This document shows positions 12,894 through 25,227 of a stretch of DNA of 64,000 nucleotides, piece after piece (position 1 is the stretch's first letter; the number at the start of each line of letters is the position of its first letter). Source of the stretch: Octopus sinensis (taxonomy: Eukaryota); the NCBI RefSeq assembly GCF_006345805.1, contig NC_043019.1:496001-560000 (forward strand), given 5' to 3'. Under the pieces are notes generated by a model. It did not search any database. It saw only the letters and a program-made list of their open reading frames with translations, and was not told the DNA's origin. Position numbers and translations under genes: made by a program.

Positions 12894-14232
12894 GTAAGTT
12901 TCCGTTCCATCTGTGAAAAATAGAAATCAAATGCTGCATTAACGAAAACCAGAGTTTAAAATGAAAATAAAAGTTGTTTACTCTTTTCCTGGTTCCACCA
13001 AACTGGCTTCAGGTTCTTGGACATTTTCTTCGCAGGACGGATTATTCAATAAGGAATAAAGACCAGGAATCTTATCTTTGTGAGACGTACAACACGCAGT
13101 GAATTATTTCCATCAACACAGAGATCACACATGCCAAAAGGGAAAGAGGGATTCCTCGCAGATATCTTATAAAGAAAGTGAAATAGCAAACTTGGTAACT
13201 ACCAGATTATTTATCGGGGTCTTATCTTCAATAGACATGTAACACGCAGATCAGAATCTCTCCTAGTGAAGTGCAGAATTTCACGTAATCACAGTGGCTA
13301 TAGGCGGTATTTTTGTGTGTGTTTGTATGCATGCGTGTATGTGTGCGTGCGTGGATGTGTGTATGTATGATGTATGAGCGCACACATGTGTGTATGTGAG
13401 TGTGTGTGTGTGTATGTGTATGTTAGTGTTATGTATTGCTTTTATTATTTAAAGACAGTGAACCGGCGATTTTGGAAAGATACCAGAAAAGTGCATTGCT
13501 TATTTTTATTTATTTACATTTCTGAGCTCTGATTTGGCGGTTGTTTGGGACTTCTCTCTCTCTCTCCCCCTCTCTCTTTCTCTCTCTCTCACTCTTACAC
13601 AGATAGATAGAAAGATAGATAGATAGATAAGGACAAAGGCAATATTAACACGAAAAAGCAATGTTTATATCCAACTAAACGTAGATGTTATGTTAGAACA
13701 CAGGATATTGATTTATTAACCTAGAGTGAACTTCGTATATGGAAGCAGCAGTGCATAAAACCACATTTATTTATATCGTTGACAGACGAGAACCTTCTGC
13801 TACGGCTGCCAGAAATACCGAATCACGTGACTTAGACCTACCTGGGCTCTTCAATAGCAGACGCCCGGTGGCGACATAAAAGCTGAATATGTCAACGACA
13901 CATAGATTTTCAGTGTCTATTCGGACACCGTCCTGTCGCAAATAGCCAATGGGTTTATTAAGAAATAGTTAATAGCGTTAGAAGTATCATTAATACAAAA
14001 AGGCAATCTATATATCGTTGACAAGGAGATTCGGAATCCACATAGTTTTCACTTGTCAAATTATACAGAGCAGATTTTGTTGACTCATGTCTATAGGAAA
14101 AGACACTTGTCCAACAAGTTGGACAATGAATTGAAACCTAAAACTACGGAGTTCTAGAGAGCGAATTCTTAACCCCATAGGGATTTCTGTGCCAGAAATG
14201 AAATAGAATGAAACAAATGGTAGTGGAACCAA

Positions 14233-14602
14233 AGTCCATCCCCTCCTCACCGTGGTGGAGGCGCTGGCAACGGGTAGTGTCAGAGCTATGACGTCGGGAA
14301 CTTCGGTTCCTGGTAGGCCCACCCAAAGCGGATTGGTCTGACACCGAGTGGTATTAGGGCCACAACCCGGCAGACGGGGCTCTGGTTACAATCCTGGGAG
14401 TGTCTGTTTTCGGCAACCGGCGGCTCCTCGGTCGTTCTGTCCCTGCGCCTGCGGACAATCTGCGGCAAACAGGATGTCTCTACATGCAGGATTGTTGGGG
14501 ATCGCTTGTCAAATCCACATATTCCCACGAGACGTCTTCCATGGTAGAAGAAGCCGACTCAACCCGCCCTGGGTGAATGTCGCCACATGTACAAGTAAGT
14601 AA
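14233..14602 (+). mobile_element. Short bipartite RTE-like non-autonomous retroelement
   Basis: 13-bp TSD gtagtggaaccaa (14220-14232, 14603-14615); (AAGT)n tail; homolog at 42272-42650. Confidence 0.75.
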
Positions 14603-14750
14603 GTAGTGGAACCAAGTATGGTTACTGCAAACTGACTGGGGTTATAAAAAGAGTAAATGCATATTGAAAATGGTCGATTATCAAAGGGAATTACTCATTT
14701 GGTTATAAATCCAGTATCGTATATCGTATATGATATGGTATTATATTCTG

Positions 14751-14979
14751 AAAGGCGGCGAGCTGGCAGAAACGTTAGCACGCCGGGCGAAATGTGTAGC
14801 TGTATTTCGTCTGCCGTTACGTTCTGAGTTCAAATTCCGCCGAGGTCGACTTTGTCATTCATCTTTCGGGGTTGATAAATTAAGTACCAGTTACGCACTG
14901 GTGTCGATTTAATCGACTTAATACCTATGTCTGTCCTTGTTTGTCCCCTCTGTGTTTAGGCGCTTGTAGTAAAGAAATA
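14751..14979 (+). mobile_element. SINE family D
   Basis: 14-bp TSD ggtattatattctg; gagttcaaattccgccgaggtcgac B-box region; homologs at 17757, 28636, 29455 and 48890. Confidence 0.9.
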
Positions 14980-15413
14980 GGTATTATATTCTGTATTCCC
15001 CAGTGATTTTATTCTTCAAGTTGCCAATATGCACCATGACTGAAAAATTACGATAATAACTCACGAATCATCATTTGTGATATGCCTCTGTTATTTGCTT
15101 AATATCGAAAGGTCGAGGCTTTAATATCGCTTTTAAGAGTCCTTTGACATTTAAACAATTATTAATTTTATACAGTAGAAGATTTAATTAACTAAGAAAT
15201 CCACAATATGCTTCCTGCTCTTACTATCCTTGAGCAATCTAATTATAATTACTTCAAGTTCGACGAATACTTTACGAGTACGAATCTCGATATACATAGT
15301 TTCTCAAATATCGGGTGTTGTTTGACATGTTCTGAAGATGAAGGTAGTTAGGCCTATGCCGCTTCGAACCCTTTCTGAATAGCGAACAGTTAATGATTGT
15401 ATCAGTTAACATT

Positions 15414-15837
15414 GGATCTATTCGGTTTGAACGGCAGTTTTTCTAGCGGTGTCATATGAAATTGTCACCCATAATTATGACCCTAGTAGAGATCTATTGC
15501 ATTTCAATATGTTTTAGGGTTAGGATTAGGGTTAGGGGTGGGGGGAAGGGTATATTTTTTTCTTCACAAATGTAAATAAACCCAATCTATTTCTTAAACG
15601 AGGGACATATTCATACGGCACAGAATATTTTCACCTCAATAGACGTCACTGATTGGTTGAAATTGCAGAAATTGAAGAAAAAAACAACAACAAATATCTT
15701 ACAAACTATAGAATTTTCTCAATAAAGCCAAGAGAAAAAGATGTTTTATAAACACATTCTACCAGTATACGAAGTTTAAAAGTGTTTAGTTACGTGGAAA
15801 TTGTTTTTAAAAACTGCCGGTCAAACCGAAAAGATCC
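15414..15837 (+). mobile_element. Merlin-like MITE
   Basis: Same TIRs and body as other copies; TSD not evident. Confidence 0.85.
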
Positions 15838-17215
15838 CTGGGATTCCGATAGACAAGTGGGCTGGCAGCCGAGAACGCAACGTAATACCAAAGGCTGAAC
15901 GCGAACTATCATAAATCTAGCTTCTCCTCTGTCACTATACTAAGAAGGCTGCTCAGTATCCAATATTCTATCTTTACAAACATATTTGATTTTTTTTGAT
16001 TTTTCCAGTTTCAGCTCATGAGCTGTGGCCATGCTGGGGCACCGCCATTTATATCACGAACATATATCACAAACATATTTACAACTATGAGAAAGAATTC
16101 ATATTTCATTGTATGATATCATTTTTTTCCATTTTCCTTCACCTATTCTTGATTGCTTGAATGAATTTCAATTTCACAATGATATTAATTGAATTACCCA
16201 AGATGTATTATCAATGAATTATTCATTCGCTTCTTGCGAGTGAAATGCTGGAGCAATATCGAGTATATATTTCTTTACTATTTTCAAATTGCTGATAGGT
16301 ATCAAATTAATATATATGTATATCTGATAAAACAATTCTATTTTTTGAAAACTGATATCAATTTTATTCTGAGGCACAAAAAGCAGACATTTAATATTTC
16401 TTTATCATTATAAAAGTATTTGCGTATAGCATTCTCTCTTAGCTCTATATGATGCATTGGCGACGCAAAACTGCATGGTATGAAATTTTGGATTTAATTA
16501 AAATGTGAAATACTATGTGATTCAGTAAAGAAGAGTAAAAAAAAAAAAAAATAATGTTATCAATATATTCTCTAATTAGCGATTTCTTTTATAACAATCC
16601 TTATAACTGATAATATAATGATGTTTGGATTTTTGAGCAGAGCTTGAATTTATTAAGTTAACTGAATATAATTCATTACATATTTTGCAGTTTAAAAAGA
16701 CGAAAATGACAGAAAACTGAACCCAACGATATTTTAAAATGCAAATGTAAGATAAGGAAGGTAATTCTAAGTTTTACGATAGTTTGTTCACTAGTCTTGG
16801 ATTTCTGCAACTCTGGATCAAAATCCTTTATCAACTTTACACTAAAGCGATATATTAGAGCACTAGACCTGTAGATTTATATTTCTATCTACCGACCATT
16901 TATATTCAGAGTTGAAATCCTGTTAATTTTCATTTGATTTCGTAAAGTCATGAAAATACCAGTTTGGTTCAAACATGTTCTTGTCCTCGTAAAAAACATG
17001 AAAAAATCACGACCCATTCCAGATGTTAAATGACAAATGCAAATTATACGATGTTTCACAAAACGTGGTCAATAGAACCCCGACTAAAATTGAACCTCGC
17101 CCTTATGTCAATTTTTAGATCGTAAAAGCACTAACTTTGCTCTCCTGGACTCACACTTTACCAACAAAAATTTGTCACAATGATAGATAATAACTTTCCC
17201 GCACTTCCTTCTAGC

Positions 17216-17464
17216 GTGGAGGCACATTGCCTAGTGGTTAGGGCAACGGAATCACAGTCGAGGGATCGCAGGTTTGGATCTCAGACCGGCGATGTGTGTA
17301 TTTATGAGCGAAAGTGCTAAGCTCCACGCGGCTCCGGCAGAAGATAATGGCGAACCTCTGCTGACACTTTCGCTATAACTTTCTATTACTCTTGCATCTA
17401 GCAGCTCACCTGCGACGGAAACCGGCCCTTATGAGCCAGGGATGGCTCGAGAAGGAACAAACTC
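17216..17464 (+). mobile_element. tRNA-derived SINE, head B + tail 3 (internally deleted)
   Basis: 9-bp TSD ccttctagc; homologs at 55844 and 59408. Confidence 0.88.
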
Positions 17465-17756
17465 CCTTCTAGCATTAATATACCTCTCATTAATACTTCT
17501 GAATAAAACCCCTCTCTACGACTGTCATGCCTAACAATCACTTATAGTTTCTCATGGTACACCTACATATAATAACTTGGACAACAAATAATCATATATT
17601 TCAATTTAAGGATCACAGCATACATTAACCTTTTATCCTAAACTGACTTCTTCAAGTTCTAAGATGCAAATCAAAATAATGCTCTCACATCTGAGACCAC
17701 GCTATACATATTTACATAATTTAGATAACATATAATTACATCAAGTATCTATTAGA

Positions 17757-17905
17757 AATTCCGCCGAGGTCGACTTTGCCTTTCATCCTTTCGGGGTCGA
17801 TAAATATAGTACCAGTTTCGCATTGGGGTCGATGTAATCGACTTAAACCATTGTCTGTCCTTGTTTGCCCCCTCTATGTTTAGCCCCTTGTGGGCAATAA
17901 AGAAA
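17757..17905 (+). mobile_element. SINE family D, 5'-truncated
   Basis: Matches the body and tail of the 14751 copy. Confidence 0.88.
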
Positions 17906-17907
17906 TA

Positions 17908-17975
<68 letters not shown>

Positions 17976-18092
17976 AATCAAGGAACGGCCATAATAGGCC
18001 ATTCACCCACTAGAAATAACAGCCAAAGCTTCAACCGCAAATAAACATCAATTCCGTAAACCAGGAGAAAATTAAAAAACATTTACCCTGTA

Positions 18093-18199
18093 ATTTCTTA
18101 TACGATGCACCGTTTCATCTACTGTTTAATGGTAAACTAACCTGATTAAATTAAATCAAGCCAATCTTCCATAGGCCCTTAGATTCATCAGTAAGAAAT
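18093..18199 (-). ncRNA. Type I hammerhead ribozyme (left arm copy)
   Basis: Exact reverse complement of 18237-18343. Confidence 0.75.
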
Positions 18200-18236
18200 A
18201 GCCAAGTCGGAACAGATTATCTGTTCCGACTTGGCT

Positions 18237-18343
18237 ATTTCTTACTGATGAATCTAAGGGCCTATGGAAGATTGGCTTGATTTAATTTAATCAGGTTAGT
18301 TTACCATTAAACAGTAGATGAAACGGTGCATCGTATAAGAAAT
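18237..18343 (+). ncRNA. Type I hammerhead ribozyme (right arm copy)
   Basis: Stem I atttctta/taagaaat, CTGATGA, stem II atcta/tagat, GAAA, near-palindromic stem III acggtgcatcgt, GUA cleavage triplet. Confidence 0.75.
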
Positions 18344-18712
18344 TACAGGTAAATGTTTTTTAATTTTCTCCTGGTTACGGAATTGATGTTTATTTGCGGT
18401 TGAAGCTTTGGCTGTTATTTCTAGTGGGTGAATGGCCTATTATGGCCGTTCCTTGATTGTGATGTTGAACTTAAAAATGGTCTATGACTATTTAATTTTT
18501 TCCCACTAGGCCGCTGGTGGCAAAAAAATTCTACAAAATTTTTTGCCACCCTATATTGATTAATTATATATATATATATATATATGAAATTTAAGTATTC
18601 TAACGGTTAGTTTGCCCGACTTCAGTTCAATTTTCTGTAGCAAGTGGATTATATGTGGAAAATCAGTATATTGGCTTTGGAATAATCTTCTTTAGAGCCC
18701 TTGCTTATAAGT

Positions 18713-18781
<69 letters not shown>

Positions 18782-18805
18782 ATATGTGTGTGTGTCTGCG
18801 TTTGT

Positions 18806-18998
18806 CCCCCTAGCATTGCTTGACAACCGATGCTGGTGTGTTTACGTCCGCGTCACTTAGCAGTTCGGCAAAAGAGACCGATAGAATAAGTACTGGGTTT
18901 ACAAAGAATAAGTCACGGGGTCGAGTTGCTCGACTAAAGGCGGTGCTCCAGCATGGCCACAGTCAAATGACTGAAACAAGTAAAAGAGTAAAAGAGTA
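18806..18998 (+). mobile_element. SINE family A, 3' half
   Basis: Matches full copies. Confidence 0.9.
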
Positions 18999-19326
18999 AC
19001 TCATTCTGCATATTTAGTGAGATAACAAACCGTCAATATTGTAGTTTTTTTCCTCCCACCTTCGTATATCAAACGGGGCATCATTCAGGATAAAAAAGAG
19101 CAAAATACGCCGTAAGAAGAATATAATTATATTTGAATTGGACCATAATATTTTTTTCCCTTGAAGTAATTCGCGTCAGCCTGACTGAATTTCAATTTCA
19201 CATTGATATCAAACAATAGATTCAATTCTTCTCCTTTTTAAATGAATAATTCATTCACTTACGAGTAAAACACTCGCTGTATCTCGGTTTCATTTGTTCA
19301 GTATCTTACCATTCATAATGATACGC

Positions 19327-19810
<484 letters not shown>

Positions 19811-20020
19811 CATACATATATACATATATGCCCCCAACATACAACACACAGACACGCATACACAAAACATATGTGTATGATGTCATGTAATTTATTGTTT
19901 CGAAGTTCAAATATATGTTATTCTGATGAACACAATTCAAAGTTCAATATTTCTTTGTCGTAGAATATATAAAAGAGATAATGTAATCAAATTAGCCGTT
20001 ATGTCTAGTCTATTCATATA

Positions 20021-20694
20021 TCTATATATATAAAACTGTAGTTGTGTGAGTGTCTGTCAACTACGTTTTAGATTCCTAACTACTCCCACATTTTGCGGTG
20101 CAGTTTAACCAAATTCGGGTGTCTTATAGTCGTGATTCATATCGAGCCCGTCTGGGTATCAGCGTGCATCTACGATGAGTCTACGATTTTAAAAATAATT
20201 TACCATAATGTTTTCCATTTTAACGCATATTTTTTCGTGTGTCGATGGCGGCGGAGTTGGCGTCCATGCTCACACCTGCACCTGTGTTGCTTCTCCCCCC
20301 TTCTTCCCTCCCTCGTGAAGCTGTGGGGAAGGGAGTGTAAGGAAATCAACGTCGTAAAGCGTTGTCAAGGATACTAGCGTTCTTTTAGAACAACGACTTC
20401 ATGGCTTGAAGACACCAAAACAGAAATGGCTAAGAAAGCGTCTACGATGAGTCTACGATTTAAAGAAAAATTTACCATCATTTTTTCCATTTTAATGCAT
20501 TCTTTCGCTATTATATAAGGGAAGTAACTCTCTGAAAATGTCTACGCTGAGTCAACGATTTAAAAAAAAAATTACCATAATTTTTTATTCCATTTTTAAT
20601 GCATTTTTTTGCTATTTTAATGCTATAACTCTCTAAAAATGCTTATACAGTTATTTCCCTTACAAACCCGAGCAACGCCGGGCGATACTGCTAG
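20021..20694 (+). mobile_element. Non-autonomous Helitron
   Basis: A|TCTATATATATAAAA 5' end; subterminal hairpin cccgagcaacgccggg (20667-20682); CTAG|T 3' end. Confidence 0.9.
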
Positions 20695-20888
20695 TATATA
20701 TATAACATATTATCCAATCTGTGAAATAATATAGAGCTACTGGTGTAGAAATTCTTTTTGCAATTATGGTGTCCGGATTTTGATGCCTGTGCTTGCCATC
20801 TTGGATAAACCCTTTACTTCTTTGAATCACTGGACTGCGGCCATGCTGGGACATCGCCTTGAACGCTTTACGACATAAAAAAAGATGC

Positions 20889-21367
20889 TATAAGCACACG
20901 CCAGAAAGGGTCATAGAAAACGAGAAAGCAACCATACTATAGGATATGCCAATACACACAGAGAAATTAAGACCCATAAGCCAGATATAGTTGTCAGAGA
21001 TCGCCAAGAAAAAAATGCTTTCTAATCGATGTATCAATACCAACAGAGGCCAATATTTGTCTAAAAGAAATGGAGGAACTTTCAAAATAAAGACCTGGAA
21101 ATAGAGTTAACTCGAATGTGGAATCTAAAAACAGAAACAAATCCTATCATAGTAAGCGCATTAGGTATGAAAAACAAAAATTCAGACAAATACATAAGAA
21201 AAACACCAGGACTAACAAGTATATATAACATACAGAAAATAGCACTACTAGACACCTTTCAATAGAGTAACAATAAGAGAGTCACATTAAACTACAGAAC
21301 ATAAATATGGCATACAGAGTTACGCTCGTAAGTGCAATGAAAGCACGTGATAAAAATAAGACTACTG
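20889..21367 (+). mobile_element. R4/Dong-like LINE 3' remnant (RLE endonuclease region + 3' UTR)
   Basis: Frameshifted peptide ENEKATIL*DMPI..KPDIVVRD..CFLIDVSIP..KDLEIELTRMW..IQKIALL; ends in a (TAA)n array. Confidence 0.82.
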
Positions 21368-21398
21368 AATAATAATGATGATGAAGATGATAATAGTA

Positions 21399-21478
<80 letters not shown>

Positions 21479-21480
21479 AA

Positions 21481-21747
21481 TATTCAAAAGAAATCCAAAA
21501 GATAGTGCTCATGGGAACTGCTCATATCCTACGCAAAATACTTTCTATGCAATCTCAAGTTTTAAAACAAACATAATTTTCGTATGTTTTTTTTAGGCAT
21601 TCACTAGTACAACAATAAGTACAAAACCAAATATGTGGCACACTAGGCATAACAACAACAGGAACTTCCAACCTGTTGTCTCTTGAGGTCTCTGGGTGAG
21701 ACTTGGAGCCAACTTGTACAAATGTAAAGCAAAAGTCAAACATAGAT
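21481..21747 (+). mobile_element. Second R4/Dong-like LINE 3' end
   Basis: EIQKIVLMGTAHILRKILSM; homologous to 44905-45070; followed by (TAA)n. Confidence 0.82.
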
Positions 21748-21764
21748 TAATAATAATCATAATC

Positions 21765-21831
<67 letters not shown>

Positions 21832-21838
21832 GAATTCT

Positions 21839-22070
21839 GTGGAGACAGGTGACTTCTTGGTGAAGGTGTTGGACTCATGCTCGTAAGGTTGTGGATTCGA
21901 TTCCTGGACCGGGCGACGCGTTGTTTTCTTGAGCAAAACATTTCATTTCACGTCGTACAGTCCACTCAGCTAGCAAAGTGAGTAATGTTGTGACGGCCCA
22001 GCGTCCTATCCAGGTAGAGAATATATGTGCCGGGAAAACAGGTCCTATGAATCTATATGACTCATAGGAA
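21839..22070 (+). mobile_element. Diverged SINE, head C
   Basis: Head and core similar to the 2554 and 53946 copies. Confidence 0.7.
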
Positions 22071-22474
22071 CTTTATTTTATATTTTACTTTTTCCTTCAA
22101 TTCTAGCATCTATATCTGCCTTCTGCCATCCATTACTCGTGAATTGGGTGCCGATATATTTAAAAATGTTTGCTCATCTCAGTAATGTTATAGTAACATG
22201 CAGAATGTATTGGGAAGATTTCAATAAAAAATATCAAACTTGAACCTAGGCGTACATTAAAATCACCCTATTCTTACGAAATTCATTCAGATATAGGACA
22301 GATACAAACATTGTGAATCGATTGTTTTTTACGAATTTTACTGCCATTTTGCAGTCATTAACACGTCAATATCCTTTAAAAAAATTAACTTGCAGGTCTC
22401 CTACGATTTGTATCTGTGGTTGCCATTATACCGGTCGCTCTCATAAATCTCATTATTTATTATGCACTTTTTAC

Positions 22475-22683
22475 AGTTATTTTGACTGCGGCAATGCTGG
22501 AGCACCGCCTTTAGTCGAGCAAATCGACACCAGGACTTATTCTTTGGAAGCCAAGTACTTATTCTATCGCTCTCTTTTGCCGAACCGCTAAGTTACGGGG
22601 ATCTAAACATACCATACCAGCATCGGTAGTCAAGCGATGATGGAGACACACACACAAACATATACACACATTCATATATATGA

Positions 22684-22754
<71 letters not shown>

Positions 22755-22921
22755 ATATACGACAAGCTTCTTTCAGTTTCCGTCTACCAAATCCACTCAC
22801 AAGGCTTTGGTCGGCCCGAGGCTATAGTAGAAGACACTTGCTCAAGGTGCCACGCAGTGGGACTGAACCCGGAACCATGTAGTTGGCAAGCAAGCTACTT
22901 ACCACACAGCCACTCCTGCGC
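22475..22921 (-). mobile_element. SINE family A, near full length
   Basis: Reverse complement of family A with expanded internal (TA)n. Confidence 0.9.
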
Positions 22922-23075
22922 CTATGTTTATGCTTGTCATACTCTCTGGTCAGGTTTCAGTTGTACATATTTAATTACTTGATACTTTTACTCGGAAATA
23001 CGCGAATTGTTATATAGTCATTTATAAGATACGACCTATTTATGCATGGACATTATATATATATTTATATATATA

Positions 23076-23125
<50 letters not shown>

Positions 23126-23127
23126 GA

Positions 23128-23247
23128 TCTCTCCTTGTGTTTTTTCTCGAAACGTAGAATACTTTTTCTATTCCTGAGCGTTATACTAATACATCTGTTT
23201 GTTTTGTACACCACCTGTCTTCGTCTTTTGTTTTTCATAAACTCCTT
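23128..23247 (-). mobile_element. Internally deleted copy of the 62133-62335 repeat
   Basis: Reverse-complement match (tattcctgagcgttatactaatacatctgtttgttttgtacaccacctgtcttcgtc). Confidence 0.8.
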
Positions 23248-23617
23248 CTCTCTCTCTTCTCTCTCTCTCTATATATATAATATATATATATATATAACAT
23301 ATATACAAATAAATAATGTACATACACATACACCCACATATAACTATAAATTGTATTGTGATGCTCTGCGTATGTATGCAAATGTTTGTACATATTATAT
23401 ATGCGAGTTTCTATATGTACATATGTATATACATGGCAGAGATTATATTTCATATTTATCAATGTGTTTTTTCATTCGATTATCTCTATGTGATGTTGCA
23501 AGATTGCTTTATCTAGATCTTTTATTAAACTATTCTCATATTGGCATTTTGTCTCATATTATTTTTTCCTGAATCTACAATGTTCTGTGCCAATATATTA
23601 GCCATGTGCTATTGCAA

Positions 23618-24061
23618 TTTCTTCTTCTTCTTCTTCTTCTTCTTCTTCTTCTTCTTTTCTTCTTCTTCTTCTTCTTCTTCTTCGTCTTCATCATCACCTT
23701 CTTCTTCTTCATTTTCTTCATCTTCGTCATCATATCCTTCTTTTCTTCTTCTTCTTCTTCTTCTTCTTTCTTCTTCTTCTTCTTCTTCTTCATCACCTTC
23801 TTCTTCATCATCGTCTTGTTCTTTATCTTTTTCTCCTTCTTTTTCTTCTTCATCAACATCATCATCTTCTTCTTCTTCTTCTTCCTTCTCTTCTTCTTCT
23901 TCTTCTTCTTCTTCTTCATCACCTTCTTCTTCATCATCGTCTTGTTCTTTATCTTCTTCTCCTTCTTTTTCTTCTTCATCAACATCATCATCATCATTCA
24001 TCATCATCTTCTTCTTCTTCTTCTTCTTCTTCTTCTTCTTCTTCTTCTTCTTCTTCTTCTT
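23618..24061. repeat. (TTC)n/(TCA)n low-complexity tract with 126-bp internal duplication
   Basis: catcaccttcttcttcatcatcgtcttgttc at 23791 and 23917. Confidence 0.92.
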
Positions 24062-24540
24062 TACGCACCATTAATCGTATCCCGTTTGTTTCCTTTTTCT
24101 ACACTATGTTTATATATTTATCTATGTCTTTCTATGACGGTTTCAGCAAGAATATTCTTCAACGTTCATAGTATTTATCTACATCGAAATCCCTTGCTTC
24201 CAAAGCTGTGGCTAAGCTTCATTCAATCAGCGGACATTATTTGCTTCCATTACGTTCCTAGTCGTATTTAAATAGCTTTATAATGTTCCATTTGCATCGT
24301 TTTCCATCCGAACATCGGAAACCTGAGTCACGGTGTGACAATTTCTGAAATCTTCATCTTACAATATAATCCGATATTTCACTCATCTTCAGGAGTCTCT
24401 TTACTCCGTCTTGTCATCAGCACTTATGTCCATCCATATATATTTCGTGTATGCCTTTACGTATGTATGTAAGTATACACGTATTCACATATTGCTATAT
24501 ACATGTTCTTTCATATATATATATATATATATGGCGCAGG

Positions 24541-24925
24541 AGGCGCAGGAGTGGCTGTGTGGTAAGTAGCTTGCTAACCAACCACATGGTTCCGGGTTCA
24601 GTCCCACTGCGTGGCATCTTGGGCAAGTGTCTTCTACTATAGCCCCGGGCCGACCAATGCCTTGTGAGTGGATTTGATAGACGGAAACTGAAAGAAGCCT
24701 GTCGTATATGTATATATATGTATATATATGTGTGTGTGTTTGTACCCCTAGCATTGCTTGACAACCGATGCTGGTGTGTTTACGTCCCCGTCACTTAGCG
24801 GTTCGGCAAAAGAGACCGATAGAATAAGTACTGGGCTTACAAAGATTATGTCCCGGGGTCGATTTGCTCGACTAAAGGCGGTGCTCCAGCATTGCCGCAG
24901 TCAAATGACTGAAACAAGTAAAAAA
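24541..24925 (+). mobile_element. SINE family A, full length
   Basis: Complete head, core, microsatellite and tail. Confidence 0.93.
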
Positions 24926-24959
24926 TATATATATACATATATATACACTCATATAAATA

Positions 24960-25227
24960 CAGTGTACCTTTAAACACATAAGAGGTATCCACCATAAGAT
25001 TCCTTGCACGCTACACAGGACAGTTAAATTCCAAACCACTATTAGGGAAAAAAATTCTAAAGGAATGAAAAATAAAAACATTTACCACCAGGAGTTAGAT
25101 GACAAATGTTTTTATTTTTCATGCCCTTCGAATTTTTATCCCTAATGGTGGTTTGGAATTTAACTGTCCTCTCTAGTGTGCAAAGAATCCTATGATGGAT
25201 ACCTCTTTTGTGTTTAAATGTACACTG
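24960..25227. mobile_element. Foldback/MITE-like inverted repeat (~124-bp arms)
   Basis: CAGTG...CACTG termini; arms 24960-25083 and 25104-25227 imperfectly complementary. Confidence 0.7.

Larger units (their letters stand above)
17971..18463. repeat. Near-perfect palindrome (~245-bp arms, 1-nt loop), probable Penelope-like element inverted pLTR
   Basis: Centre aacagat-t-atctgtt at 18218; the only arm differences I found are two single-base indels. Confidence 0.9.

Noticed and set aside
23609-24007. Acidic (nucleolin/prothymosin-like) protein exon
   Set aside because: Pure triplet low complexity with several open frames on both strands and no flanking domain.
24365-24420. Minus-strand CTGAAGA-tgagt-GAAA-tatc hammerhead-like string
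   Set aside because: Only 5 nt between the boxes and at most 2 bp of stem I.
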